A stretch of 64,000 nt of DNA from Hemiscyllium ocellatum (taxonomy: Eukaryota): NCBI RefSeq assembly GCF_020745735.1, contig NC_083409.1:36228048-36292047 (forward strand), given 5' to 3'. Of this stretch, positions 49,585-61,703 are shown in pieces. Each line of letters opens with the position of its first letter. Positions within the stretch are counted from its first letter, which is position 1. Position numbers and translations under genes: made by a program. The notes under the pieces are model-generated. The model was not told where the DNA came from, ran no database searches, and was given only the letters and a program-made list of their open reading frames with translations.

Positions 49585-50235
49585 CAAAACACTTCAAATG
49601 TAAAGAAGGCGTTTGGTATGCTTTGCTTTATTGGTCAGAGTATTGAGTACAGGAGTTGGGAGGTCATGTTGTGGCTGTACAGGACATTGGTTAGGCCACG
49701 GTTGGGATATTGTGTGCAATTCTGTTCTCCTTCCTATCGGAAAGATGTTGTGAAACTTGAAAGGGTTCAGAAAAGATTTACAAGGATGTTGTCAGGGTTA
49801 GAGGATTTGAGCTATAGGGAGAGGTTGAATAGGCTAGGGCTTTTTTCCCTGGAGCGTTGGGGGCTGAGGGGGGTGACTTTATAGAGGTTTACAAAATTAT
49901 GAGGTGCATGGATAGGATAAATAGACAAAGACTTTTCCCTGGGGCGGGGGAGTCCAGAATTAGAGGGCATATGTTTAGGGTGAGAGGGGAAAGATATAAA
50001 AGGGACCTACGGGGCAACTTTTCACATAGAGGGTGGTACGTGTATGGAATGAACTGCCAGAGGTTGCTACAATTGCAACATTTAAAAGGCATTTGGATGG
50101 GTATATGAATAGGAAGGGTTTGGAGGGATATGGGCCGGGTGCTGGCAGGTGGAACTGGATTGGGTTGGGATATCTGGTCAGCATGGACGTGTTGGACCAA
50201 AGTGTCTGTTTCCGTGCTGTGCATCTCTATGACTT
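49585..50235 (+). mobile_element. CR1 LINE 3' fragment
   Basis: IEYRSWEVMLWLYRTLVRP..YCVQF.SPSYRKDVVKLERVQKRF and 3' UTR. Confidence 0.88.
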
Positions 50236-50419
50236 TGATGGGAAATTGCTTGCTGATCAATGTATATTTCTGAACAATGTGGCTATAATGAAAATACTAA
50301 AGAAATGGGTTCCTCTCCTCCACCCCACCTAATTGCTTCTCTTCCTTTTTCCTGCTTGCATGCACCTTCTCCACATCCCTCCCCCTGCAACCACCACTAC
50401 CACCCGAACTTCCTCCAAG

Positions 50420-51165
50420 TTTATTGCTGTGTCATAGAGTCCAACAGCATGAAGATAGACCCTTTGGCCCAAACTGGTCCATGCTGACTAAAATGTCCAT
50501 CCATGCTAACCCCATTTCCCTGCATTTGGCCCATATCCTTCTAATTTTTTTCTATCCATGTATTTGTTAAAATGCCTTTTAAATGTTGTTAATGTACTTG
50601 CCTCAACCACTTCCGGGGGCAGCTCATTTCATACATGTACCGTACCATCTGTGTAAAAAACGTTGCCACTCAGGTTCCCTTTTATTCTTTCCCCTCTAAC
50701 CTTAAACTGATGTCCTCTCGTCCTCAATTCCCCAACCCTGGTAAAAAGACTTGAGTGTATTCAACCCTATCCATACCTCTCATGATCTTATATACACTTC
50801 TATAAGATTCCCTCTCAGTCTTCCAAGCTCTAAAGTAAAAAGTCCTAGCTTGTCGAACATCTCCCTATAACTCAGGCCCACTTTCCCAACAGATCAAGAT
50901 CCTGCTGCAATTTCTGAGAACCTTCCTCACTGTCCACGATACCTCCTATTTTAGTGTCATCTGCAAATGTACTAATCATGCCTTGTACATTCTCATCCAA
51001 ATCATTGATATAAATAACAAACAGTAAAGGACCCAGCACTGACCTCTGAGACACTCCACTTATCACAGGCCTCCAATCTTACAAGCATCCTTCCACTATT
51101 ACCCTTATCCTCCTACCATTAAGCCAATTGTGTCTCCAATTTGCCAGCTCTCCTGGATTCTATGT
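50420..51165 (-). mobile_element. CR1 LINE fragment, internally deleted
   Basis: SGVSQRSVLGPLLFVIYINDLD..STFADDTKIGG joined to CR1 3' end. Confidence 0.85.
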
Positions 51166-53639
51166 CCTCCAAATATCTGTGACGTTTGAAGAAATATGAC
51201 TACAATTAAGACCTGATCTTGGTGTCCTAACCTTGGTATATCTCGCACACAGCCATTGAATGCTTTGCATTTTTAAAAAGAATTTTACAGAATGTTCTAT
51301 CTCTCCAGCAATTCTTCTCACATTGTTAAATTCCAAGTTAACAATGCAATTTAGCCAGACCTCAGACCAAACCTACTTCTGTATCATTGCTGTCTTTCCT
51401 ACATGATCGACACTACCGTTGCTGCAAATGTTCGATCTTTTAAACTGCATGTTTCTGTAAAATTGATCATAAACCACAAAATTAAAATGGTTTTTGGGTC
51501 TATAATTGGTTATCAGACATTTAAAAAATAACTTGAGTCTCAAAACTCAGCATTTCAGGCCCCAATCAACTAATTTTATGAAATAAGGTCATACTCCAAA
51601 TGTAAAATTGTACAAGAGAACAAACCAAACAGTCACTGCAAATAGAGAGGCAGGAAACAGTCCCCGTGGGGGTCTACCCAGATGTGGAGGGACTGGGTAG
51701 ACCCCCACCTACAAAATGAAGAAGCTATGAAGCAGTGTTCTGTGACGAAGGGAACAGTAGAGACAGAGGTACAGTTAAAATGGGAAAGGAGTGAAGAAGA
51801 CGAGATTAAACAGAGGGAAAAAAGAGATAAAGAAAGAAAGGGAAGGCTCGAGGAAATAGAAGCTATACAACGTGAGCAGGAGGAGCTGAAGTCTGCGTGT
51901 GATGTGCTGAATTCACTAAGAGGAATACCGGGAGTACAGGAGGAGGATTGAGCAGGGAAAAAGTGGGAGTAGGAAAGGTAGATAAACGAGAAAAAAGAGA
52001 GGCTCCGAGGGGTTAGCAGGCATGGGATGGAAATAGAATTAAAATCAGAGTCCAATGGGGAATTATTGAGTGGTCTCAGTAGGGAAAAAGATCCCAACAG
52101 GACAAGATGTTACCACTACTCATAAAAAAATGAGGGGGGAGACACCTATAATATGTTCCTTGGGGAAATCAGGATCTGAAAGGGCTGAGAAATGCGCTGC
52201 CCAGCTTACCTGAGGAAGCGGGAAAGTGGATCAGGGTTTTTGAAGATGAAACCACAGGATGATTGTTGGCTATGAGAGACTGATAGGGTGAGGCTGATAG
52301 GGCTCCCAAAGTTAGGGGAAATAATGGACCGAGCCAGTTTGAAAAATGTAGTGGACAATCCGATGATTGATGGGGTCGGGTTTGATCAAATGAGACAGAG
52401 AGTATGGCAGGCCCTAAAAGACTGTTATCCAAACAAGATGGACCACAAATTCTGAGGGGGGACCCACTGGGAGATGACAAGAACCTGACCGCCTATTTGA
52501 AAGACAGTTAAAAAGTGGACGCTGGAAACAGGGCAAGACATAGAGGGCAATCAGTTGCTGACCACAATGTTCCGAAATACTATCATTGCGGCAATGTCCT
52601 CCCAAGTCAGGTCAAGGCTGGAGGAGGTGGTAGCACTGACATCATCAATGAGCCACTAGGAATTTAGAGACACGTAGCTCATGCAGTCAAAAGTTCTGAA
52701 AAGAGAAATTGTTTGAACAGCAGGAGAGAGGTGCAAAAGAAACTGATTGGCTTTCATTCAAAAAGTTGTTAAGTTGGTGTTGCAGACATTGAGAATCAGG
52801 GGTTTGTGTGTACGTATCATCCCCAGTCGCAAGGTATGGTGGAAAGGACCAATGGGACAATAAAGGTCAAATTAAGTAAAATCTGTGTGAGCACCAACCC
52901 TGATTGGGTTGATGTGCTGCTGCTAGCACTAATGAGTTATTACATGCAGACTAATCACATGACCAATTTAACATCACATAAGATGCTCACAGGCAGACCC
53001 ATGCCAGTGCCCAAGTGGAGGGGCCCATACGAAGGGCCCAGCAATTAAGCTTAGAGCTTAAGCAATAGATGCGGCAGCTTAACCATGGTACATGACATTA
53101 TCCATATGCAGGAAACACAAAGGGAACCAGAACCTGACAATGAGGAAGGACCTACTATAACTGGGAATCGTGTGGGTCTTCCAAAAATGCTGAAATGAGC
53201 CAAGGAGGGAGGGATCTTTCATAGTGACCAAGCAACCATCACCTACCGCCATCCAAGTGGAAGGACGAGACATGTATGGTATCACTTTAATCATTGTACT
53301 AAAGCTCTCCCACTGGCACAACCTGACTCTGAAGCTGAGGTAAGTGGAGCTGAGGCTGAGGAACTTGGATACGGGCAGGACATGCAGGAAGCTAGTACCC
53401 CACAGCAGGGTTCTGAAAAAGGTATAGGTGCAGCTCTTGGGGACACTGACCATTCTGGAAGTGATAGTGATGGAGATGTGAAGCATAGCCTTTTTCCTGG
53501 CAATGGGGCTAGGGGAGGAGTGATGCCCCCCCCAACCAATGGCTGGCCTGCATACTCTTACTTTGAAACCATTAACCTGGCAGATCAAATGTTGTATGGA
53601 TCAATTACATCTGCTACAACCAGCAGAGATTTATCAACT

Positions 53640-56600
53640 ATACTGATGGTGCCCTTTAGGAGAACAATTGGACAATCTGCTACCACCAAAATGACATGGC
53701 AAAATAGACAAACCTTAGACTGGATACTGGCATAGGAAGGCAGAGTTTGCATGATGTTTTGGGGGGGGAGCATTGTTGCTACACCTTCATACACAACAAC
53801 ACCAGCCCTGGGGGATCTTTTACTAATGTCCTGGGTGGGAGATTTGCTAGTTTGATTCTTGAGGGTTTAAACTAGTTTAGCAGGGGGGTGGGAATCAAAG
53901 CCATATATCTGAGAGTTGCAGATGGGGCAGTGACAGGATGTATTGAATCTATCGGGAAGGTTTCTCATGCGTCGAAACAAAGGGATCAGTTAAAATGTGT
54001 CTGCTTTAACACAAGGAGTGTCAGAAATAAGAGTGACAAACTTAGAGCATGGATCAGTACTTGGGGCTACGATGTTGTGACCATAACAGAGACGTGAGTT
54101 TCACAGGGACAGGAACGGTTGCTTGATGTTCCAGGGTTTAGAACATTTGGAACAAACAGGGAGGGTGGAAAAAGAGGAGGGGCTGTAGCATTGTTAATCA
54201 GAGAGTGCATCACAGCTACAGAAATGAAGGTAGTTGAGGAAGGTTTGTCTACTGAGTCAGTTTGAGTGGAAGTTAGGAACAGCAAGGGAACAGCCACCTC
54301 ATGGGAGGTGGGGGTGTGCGGGGTTCTATAGACCACTTAATAGCAGTAGAAAGATTGAAGAACTCATAGGCAAAAATGCATGCAGATGTACCATGGTTGT
54401 TGCTATGGGTGATTTCAACTTTCCCAATAGCGACTGGAACCTTCTATGTGCTGATGGTTTGGATGGAGCCATTTTTGTCAGGTGTGTTCAGGAGGGCTTC
54501 CTTACTCCGTATGTAGATAGACTGACGAGAGGAGAGGCCATTTTGGATTTGGTGCTCGGCAATGAGCCAGGACAGGTGTCAGATCTCGCAATGGGAAAAC
54601 ACTTTGGTGATAGGGATCACAACTGTCTCACGTTTGCCATAGCCTTGGAGAGGGTAAGGAGCAGTTACCGAGGGAAGATATTTAATTGGGGAAAGAGAAA
54701 TTACAACGCTATCCGACAGGAGTTGGAAAGTACAGACTGGGAGTAATTGTTCCACAGAAAGGGCACAACAGACATGTGGAGACTATTTAAGGAGCAGTTG
54801 TCGAGACAGGTAAGAAGAGGTATGATTAAGGAATCTTGGATGACGAGAACAAAAGAGCTTCTCATCAAAAGGAAGAAGGCAGCTCTGTAAGGTGGATGAA
54901 GCATGGATTTAGCACAGCTTTAAAGGATTCAGGCTTACTAGAAAGGAGCTCAGAAATGGACTGCGGAGAGAGCCAGGAGGGAGCACAATAAAGGCTTGGC
55001 AGGAATGATTACGGAGAGAACCCAAAGGCATTTTACTCATACGTGAGGAATAAGAGAATAATCAGGGATAGTGGAGGGAACTTGTGTGTGGAGTCTGAGC
55101 AGATAGGGGAAGCCCTAAATGAATTTTTTGCTTCGGTTTCTACCAAGGAAAGGGACCTTATTGTGATTGAGAACTTTGAGGAGCTGGAATACGGGCTTGA
55201 CCAGATCAAGATTGAGGAAGTTGATGTGCTGGAAATTTTGGCAAACATTAAGATTGATAAGTCCCCAAGGCCAGACCAGATTTATCCTAGGCTGCTCCAG
55301 GAAGCGAGAAGGGAGGTTGCTAAGCAAGCCCCTGGCGAAGATCTTTGCCTCCTCACTCTCCACGGGAGTCGTACCAGAGGATTGGAAGGAGGCGAATGTT
55401 GTTCCACTTTTCAAGAAGGAGAATAGGGAAATCCTTGGCAATTACAGACCAGTCTGTCTCATGTTTGTGGACAGCAAAGTTTTGAAAAGAATTCTAAGGG
55501 ATAGGATTTATGAGTATTTGGCAAAGCATAGCGTGATTAAAGGCAGTCAGCATGGCTTTGTGAGGGGCAGGGCATACCTCACTCATCTTCGTGAGTTCTT
55601 TGAGGATGTGACAAGGTCGATGAAGGTCAAACAGTGGATGTGGTGTGTATGGACTTCAGCAAGGCATTTGATAAGGTTCCCCATGGTAGGCTCATTCATA
55701 AAGTCAGAAAGTATGGGATACAGGGAGATTTGGCTATCTGGATGCAGAATTGGTTGGCTGACAGAAGGCAGAGAGTGGTTGTAGATGGAAAGTATTCTGC
55801 TTGGAGGTCAGTGGTGAGTGGGCTCCCACAGGGCTCTGTTCTTGGGTCTCTGCTCTTTGTAGTTTTTGTAAATTACTTTGATGAGGAGCTTAAGGGGTGG
55901 ATTAGTAAGTTTGCAGATGACACAAAGATTGGAGGTGCCGTTGATAGTATTGACGGCTATTGCAGGCTGCAGTGTGACATAGACAGGATACAGAGCTGGG
56001 CTGGGATATGGCAGATGGAGTTCAATCTGGATAAATGCAAAGTGATGCATTTTGGAAGGTTGAACTCAAATGCTGAATATAGGATTAAAGACAGATTCTT
56101 GGCAGTATGGAGGAGCAGAGGGATCTTGGTGTGCAATTGCATAGACCCCTCAAAGATGCCTCCCAAGTGGCTAGGGTTGTTAAGAAAACATATGGTGTTT
56201 TGGCTTTCATTAACAGGGGGATCGAGTTTAAGAGCCGCAAGGTTCTTCTACAGCTGTACAAGTTCCTGGTGAGACCACATTTGGAATGTTGTGTGCTGTC
56301 TTGGTCTAGGAAAGAGACAGAGGTTTTAGAGAGGTTGCAAGGAAGGTTTAGCAGGATGTTGCCTGGACTCGAGGGCTTGCGTTATGTAGAGAGGCTGAAT
56401 AAGCTCGGACTTTTCTCTCTGGAAAGAAGGAGGAAGAAAGGAAGAAAGATCAAGACGTATACAAGATAATGAGAGGAATAGATAGAGTTAATAGCCAGAC
56501 ACTTTTCCCAGGGCAGGATTGACTGGTACGAGGGGTCATAGTTTTAAGATATTAGGAGAAAGCTATAGAGGAGACATCAGAGGTAGGTTCTTTGATTAAG

Positions 56601-57040
56601 GAGTTGTGAACGCTTGGAATGTGTTGCCAGTGGTGGTGGTGGAACCAGAGACATAATGGACATTTAGGCACCTGCTGGACATGCACATGGACAGCAGTGA
56701 GTTGAGGGGTGCGTAGGTAAAGTTATTTTAGTTTATGTTAGGATTAACCCTCGGCACAATATCATAAGCCAAAAGGGTCTGTTCTGTGCTGTACTTTTCT
56801 ATGTTCGAAAGCAATGGAAAAACTAAAGAATCTGAGGCAGGAATTAAAGGACAATGCAGGTTTTGGTCATCAGGCTTTTAATTGGTTGAATAATATGTTG
56901 GGGTCTTGGGGAGCATGATTCATCAAGGTTGGTCTTATTGTAGGTGCTGTGTTACTTGTCATTGCCTTTGTCTTTTGTTGTGCCTTACCTTTTTTTTAAG
57001 TCTTTTCTAGTTTGCGTCACTACACGGCCACTCGTAGTCA
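53640..57040 (+). pseudogene. ERV env transmembrane subunit split by a CR1 insertion
   Basis: ...FIHNNTSPGGSFT (ends about 53823) resumes as KAM..LKNLRQELKDNAG...WLNNMLGSWG and a hydrophobic anchor VGLIVGAVLLVIAFVFCC from 56807. Confidence 0.8.
53824..56806 (+). mobile_element. CR1 LINE with endonuclease and RT, multiply frameshifted
   Basis: CVCFNTRSVRNK, YDVVTITET, MGDFNFP, AILDLVLGNEPGQV, DFSKAFDKV, KFADD, 3' tail ending TTCTATGTTC. Confidence 0.92.
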
Positions 57041-57398
57041 CGTCAACAACCCCCAGATGTACTTACTCTTCTGACGGAGCCTCACCACTCTATTGTTACA
57101 ATCTGACAACTGCCTCGGTGCAAGGAACATGTCCGCATGAGAAAATTGATGTTACTTCTGAAGAACGCGCATGCTGTAGATTGTGAGGGACCTTGGGTCT
57201 TTTTCCCTGTCCTGGTTATTGGAGGACAGGTTTTTGGCCCAAGGGATCCCAGGAATGGAGGAAGAACCCTTTAAGAATCAGACCCCGAATTCTTTGTGTC
57301 TGTTTTGGCACCTACAATGTTTTTAATTGGGCATCAGGAGGTCTGCACTTATTGTCTTCTTTCTCTAAAGTGAGACCAGTAGGTCTCAAATGGGGAAA

Positions 57399-58851
57399 TA
57401 TGGAAAACAAAAGAGCATAAGGGCATATGTGACAGGTTAAAGCATACAGGCCAAGACCACTGGTGGAATGTTTCAAGAGGTCTGTGAAATGTTACATTAA
57501 TCAAAATACTACATTGAAGGATTGATGGAATGCTACATTGGAGTGCTACATCAATTAGTTAGAGTCAGCCTGGGGTTGAAGACCATTGTGACAGCAGATG
57601 TGATAGTAAGGGGAACCTGGATTATCCAAATACCAATTATAAGGAAATCGGATTATCCGAAGGAGATCTCGAGGTCCCGACAGAACCATTACATCAAAGA
57701 CATGTGACCAACACTGATCGCATCTTTTGTTTAAAGTGATTACAAGTGCTGCTGAGAACAGTCCTGGACTGATGGGAGCGCAGGCATCATCTCTAAATGA
57801 CTGACCTCCCCACCACCCTCCCTCTCTCTTCCCACACTTTCCCTGGAGTTCTGCACATGCTTGTGACCTAGACCCACCCCCCTTCCCCTGATAATCTCTC
57901 TAACATTGTCCTGTACCGGGCAAAGGTGGAACCTGTCAAAACGTTTCAGTAAAAAGTTGTGTGTCTGGCTGTGTGTGTGTGTGTGCTATTTGGAGACTCA
58001 CCCCACAGTGGCAGCAGCAGTCTTGTTTGTTGTTGGTGTCCAGTCCAGCTGCCCCCAGAGAGTGGGTGGGGATGGACGGGGGGGGGGGGGCGGGGAGGGG
58101 GTGATTGGGGGGGTAGCGGTGGGAAACACAGAGGTCCTGCAGAGGGTGAGGGTGGACAGGGTGGCAATGTTGAACGGGGTTTGGGGGGGGGCGGGCGTGT
58201 GGGGGGCCAGGTTGGATAAGTTTTGGGGGCGCAGTGGGGGGGGGGGCAGAGTTGGACAGGGTTGGGGGGGGCGTGCGGGGAGCGGTGTTTAAAACAGTTT
58301 GGGGGCGGGTGGAGGGCAGGTTTTGGGGGGGCGGGCAGGGAGCGATGTTTGATGGGGTTGGGGACAGGTGGGGGGAGGGGATGGGTGGGTGGTGATGGTG
58401 GGCTCACGCGCGGTGTGCTGCTGTCTCGTCTCCTGAATGAGGAGCAGACTTAACAGAAAACTCTGAGCCCCAGAGGAAAGGCATTGAATCGATAAACCGA
58501 ATAATCAATTATCTGAATGAAATAGTGCCTGCCCATCTTGTTCAGATAATTAAGGCTCCTCTGTAGTAGAGTAAAACAAAGTTCAATATAGGAAATACCA
58601 TAATGGCAGAAGTAGAGAGATAACATGAACTAACATCATTTGTTTGTGACATGTCTGTAGTAAGGTTTCACTAACACAGTCAGACATATTGATAAGCCTG
58701 AAGAAAGCATGATAACAAAAAGATATTAAAAAAATGGACCCTGAGGTTCGGGGGCAGCCAGGAATTTGTATATTGATTGTCATGGCTTTCGTTTTTGCAA
58801 ATAAAAGATCATCTTCTTGAAGAACTCTGTGTCTCCTAGTAATTCTTTACA
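57399..58851 (+). repeat. 3' LTR of ERV 1, interrupted by a DNA transposon
   Basis: 57399-57606 and 58566-58851 align in order with LTR 61704-62257 (TATGGAAAA start, GGACCCTGAGGT, GCAAATAAAAGA, CTCCT..ATTCT.TACA end). Confidence 0.78.
57609..58563. mobile_element. Tigger/pogo-like non-autonomous DNA transposon with G-rich interior
   Basis: TA-flanked TIRs: left TA-AGGGGAACCTGGATTATCCAAA, right reverse complement TA-CAGAGGAGCCTTAATTATCTGAAC; interior has (TG)n and long G runs at 58050-58400. Confidence 0.65.
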
Positions 58852-59354
58852 ACACTGCCAGGCTGAAATCCTTAATTTGAACGCAACTCCACCAAGCATT
58901 CTCATAATTGGCCACTGCCAGCAACTTTCTAAACCAGGTCCCAGTTTTGTCCAAAGTTGGGTTACTTCCTTTCAGAACGAGGGCCAAGAGAGTTGCCATT
59001 CCCACCAAAACTCAACCCTGGTGCTGGTGACTGAAGTGTCTGATTCCAGGAAAAATATTATTCACTCATCGAGTGAAAACTGACTCTTTCTTTGAGCAAT
59101 GCAAGTTTGCCTTATTTTGATGAGATATTTTATATAACTTTTTAAAAAAGTACAAAGGAAGCTATGCATTTGACTTTTTTTTTTAAAGATCTTTGCACTC
59201 ATAACCAAAATATTTTATCTTTAATTTCTAACAAATTTTAATTATGACATGGTAAATTTTAGTGCATGGGGCATTTCTGTAGCAGCTTGAAATGCACAGT
59301 CCACAAAAACAGGACTTTGGAGTATTCTATGTTAGCTTGATCTTGATCTAGCAA

Positions 59355-59460
59355 CCTGAAACATCGACTCTCCTGCTCCTGGGATGCTGCCTGACCTGCT
59401 GTACTTTTTCCAGTGCCACTCTCTGACTCTTCCAGCATTTTGCAGTCCTCACTATCTCTT
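59355..59460 (+). mobile_element. Penelope terminus fragment (3' half of hammerhead region)
   Basis: GAAACATCGACTCTCCTGCTCCTGGGATGCTGCCTGACCTGCTG, same family as 21600-21660. Confidence 0.65.
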
Positions 59461-59867
59461 TGATAAATATTTATGTAAGCATGTTCAAATACAGCAAACT
59501 AAATTCCCAAAGGGTTTATCTGACAAACTTAGAACTGAAGCACCGGTTTACATAGTCAAGTGAAATGACCGCAATTCTTTTGTGCTTAAAGAAACTAGCT
59601 TAGACATTTATGGACATTCTAAGTCAGCTTAATGGCTAATAAACGTGAACAGGAGTATAATTCCTCAGAAGTGATCTTTAGTGGCAGAGGAAGGAGCGAC
59701 AAGTAAAAGATTTCAGAAGAGAACAACCATCAAGAAATCATGCATCACTTCCCGTTCACGCAACTGAGCTGTTGTGTGCACAATGAGGACAGCAGGACAG
59801 CACATTTTGTGGACTAATAACTGGGAAGAGGGAACTATCTAATATCTAACAATTGGCAAGTCTTTTT

Positions 59868-61570
59868 TTTTAAAGATATTTTTATTAGAAATTTAATATT
59901 TTGACAGATTTACAAAAATAAACAGAACTTTCAAGCACAAACATTAATATAAAAATAGATCTTAAATATATAATCATCAAAATTCAAAGGAATGATACTA
60001 AAGAAGAAAGAAAAACAATGAAACTCAGTTAACTACTAATCTAATCCACAATTATCCAGAGTGTATAGTTGAGTCACTTACATCCTTCAAACAAGAGAAA
60101 ATGTTCTCTAATACACTCATAACAGTATAATAAAAAGGAAACTATTTCCAAACAATAAGAACAAAAAAAATAAAACATGTTTGAATGGAGATCCTCCCCC
60201 TTGTTCTCAGGGGGCCTTACTTCCTTTCTAAAGGTCTACCATATCCTCTCCCAAACAGTGTCCCACCCTTGACCCGGGCGCTCCTTAATAGGATTTAGAT
60301 ATAATACCGAGCTAGAGTTAACAGTGAGCGCCCCACCCCCACCCCTCCCCACCCATACCTGAGTATATCTGATAGCATCAATGCCACGTACAAACACACA
60401 TAACTATAAAATTACAACTCCAACAAATTACAGTTAAGTATAATAACATAAAATAGCAAGGGAAGACAACCCTGCTCCCAGAAGCAAAAGTAAAGTAAAG
60501 TATCCATTTCTCCCCACGAAGTGTGGAAGAGGCAAGCCAACATAAATTGTCTCTTACGATTTATTTAAACGAGTCTAAGAGTTCCTTAGCCTCTTCTGGT
60601 GATCTAAAATTATACTCGGATCCTTCGTGGTTAAAGCATAACGTCGCTGGGTAGCGTAAGGTGTATTGAATATTTAAGTTCCTTAGACATTTCTTCACCT
60701 CATCAAACGCCTTCCTCCTTCGTGCCAAAGCCGGGGAGAAGTCCTGAAATAACATAATCTTGGATCCTTCATGAATCATAGCTTTAGGATCCTTTCCAAG
60801 CTTTCTGGAGGCGTCCAGGAGTATCTGCCTCTCCCTATAACTCTGCAGCTGGAACAGGACCGGGCGTGGGCGCTGGTTTGGGCCAGATCCACGTACTGCG
60901 ACCCGGTAGGCCCACTCTACCCTTACCCGGTCAGTTTCAGCCCCCAGGTTTAAAAGCTGGGGCAGCCATCGCTCCAGAAATACTACTAACTGTCCCTTCT
61001 CTTCTTGTTCAGGGAGGCCCAGAAGACGGATATTCTTTCTCCGATTTCTATTATCCAAGTCATCCATGTAGATTTCAAAGGCCCGGACTCTCTGCTCCAG
61101 AGCTCTCACCTGTTCTGCAGCTGTTTGTGCTGCAGCCTCGGAGGTCGTGGCCTTTAGCTCCGCCCCCTCCACTCGGCCCTGTAATTCCTCGAGAGCCTGG
61201 CTGTGCTTTTGTAACTTTTCTTCGAATGAGTTCCATCTCTGTCTGGATTCTGCGATGAAATTGACGAGTGTTGTTTCCAGCCTGGCGATCATCTCTTCAA
61301 GGCCTGTTTTTACATCAGCTGCAGCCGGAGGAGGAGAGGAGGGTGGGGGAGGGGTCTTTGTTTTCTGAGAGCTGCGGGATCCCTTTGGTTTACTCATTAT
61401 CCACTTAATATTAAACTGCTTAAATATAATAGTAAGCAGCTAATTAAGGTTAGAAAATTTTTTTGGGTGGTTTGGTAAGTGTGGTGGGGTTAAGTAACTC
61501 ACTTTACCCAGGTTTTGGGAAGAGCACTGTAAACTCAGACTTGCTGAGTCGCCGCCATCTTGGATCTCCC
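59868..61570 (-). mobile_element. ORF1-only L1-derived retroelement (HAL1-like), full length
   Basis: 13-bp TSD GGCAAGTCTTTTT (59855-59867, 61571-61583), TT|AAAA-type target, AATAAA (59881-59886) plus short A tail, YY1-type CAAGATGGCGGC at the 5' end, intact ORF1, no recognisable ORF2. Confidence 0.85.
60561..61397 (-). CDS. L1-type ORF1 protein (coiled coil plus RRM/CTD), 278 aa
   Basis: Heptad-rich N-terminal half, DDLDNRNRRKNIRLLGLPE, EWAYR, RPRPVL, IMLFQDFS, YPATLCF, FRSPEEAKE match L1 ORF1p motifs; ATG start and stop intact. Confidence 0.92.
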   Translation of the reverse strand: MSKPKGSRSSQKTKTPPPPSSPPPAAADVKTGLEEMIARLETTLVNFIAESRQRWNSFEEKLQKHSQALEELQGRVEGAELKATTSEAAAQTAAEQVRALEQRVRAFEIYMDDLDNRNRRKNIRLLGLPEQEEKGQLVVFLERWLPQLLNLGAETDRVRVEWAYRVAVRGSGPNQRPRPVLFQLQSYRERQILLDASRKLGKDPKAMIHEGSKIMLFQDFSPALARRRKAFDEVKKCLRNLNIQYTLRYPATLCFNHEGSEYNFRSPEEAKELLDSFK

Positions 61571-61703
61571 GGCAAGTCTTTTTAACAAAATAATTATTGC
61601 ACAGCCATTAAAACCCATTTACACCACCTCCAACAGTAGGACAACATCTTAAGCTTCTTACTATGTGCTGAAATCTCGTAGGCGAATTTACTCAGGCAGC
61701 TAC

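Larger units (their letters stand above)
51630..58851 (+). mobile_element. Endogenous retrovirus remnant 1 (fish epsilon-like): gag, integrase, env TM, 3' LTR
   Basis: gag LPEEAGKWIRVFEDETTG and LERQLKKWTLETG; integrase YHPQSQGMVERTNG; env TM QNRQTLDWILA..VCMMF..HCC; PPT-like AAATGGGGAAA then LTR 57399-58851; protease/RT not seen. Confidence 0.85.

Noticed and set aside
57996-58408. Minus-strand donors GTGAGT (57996-58001) and GTGAGC (58402-58407) suggesting first exons at a GC-rich island
   Set aside because: Both lie inside the TA-flanked Tigger-like element, so transposon origin explains them without a host exon
57906-58453. Gly-rich and Pro-rich ORFs
   Set aside because: Artefacts of the G-run low-complexity tract
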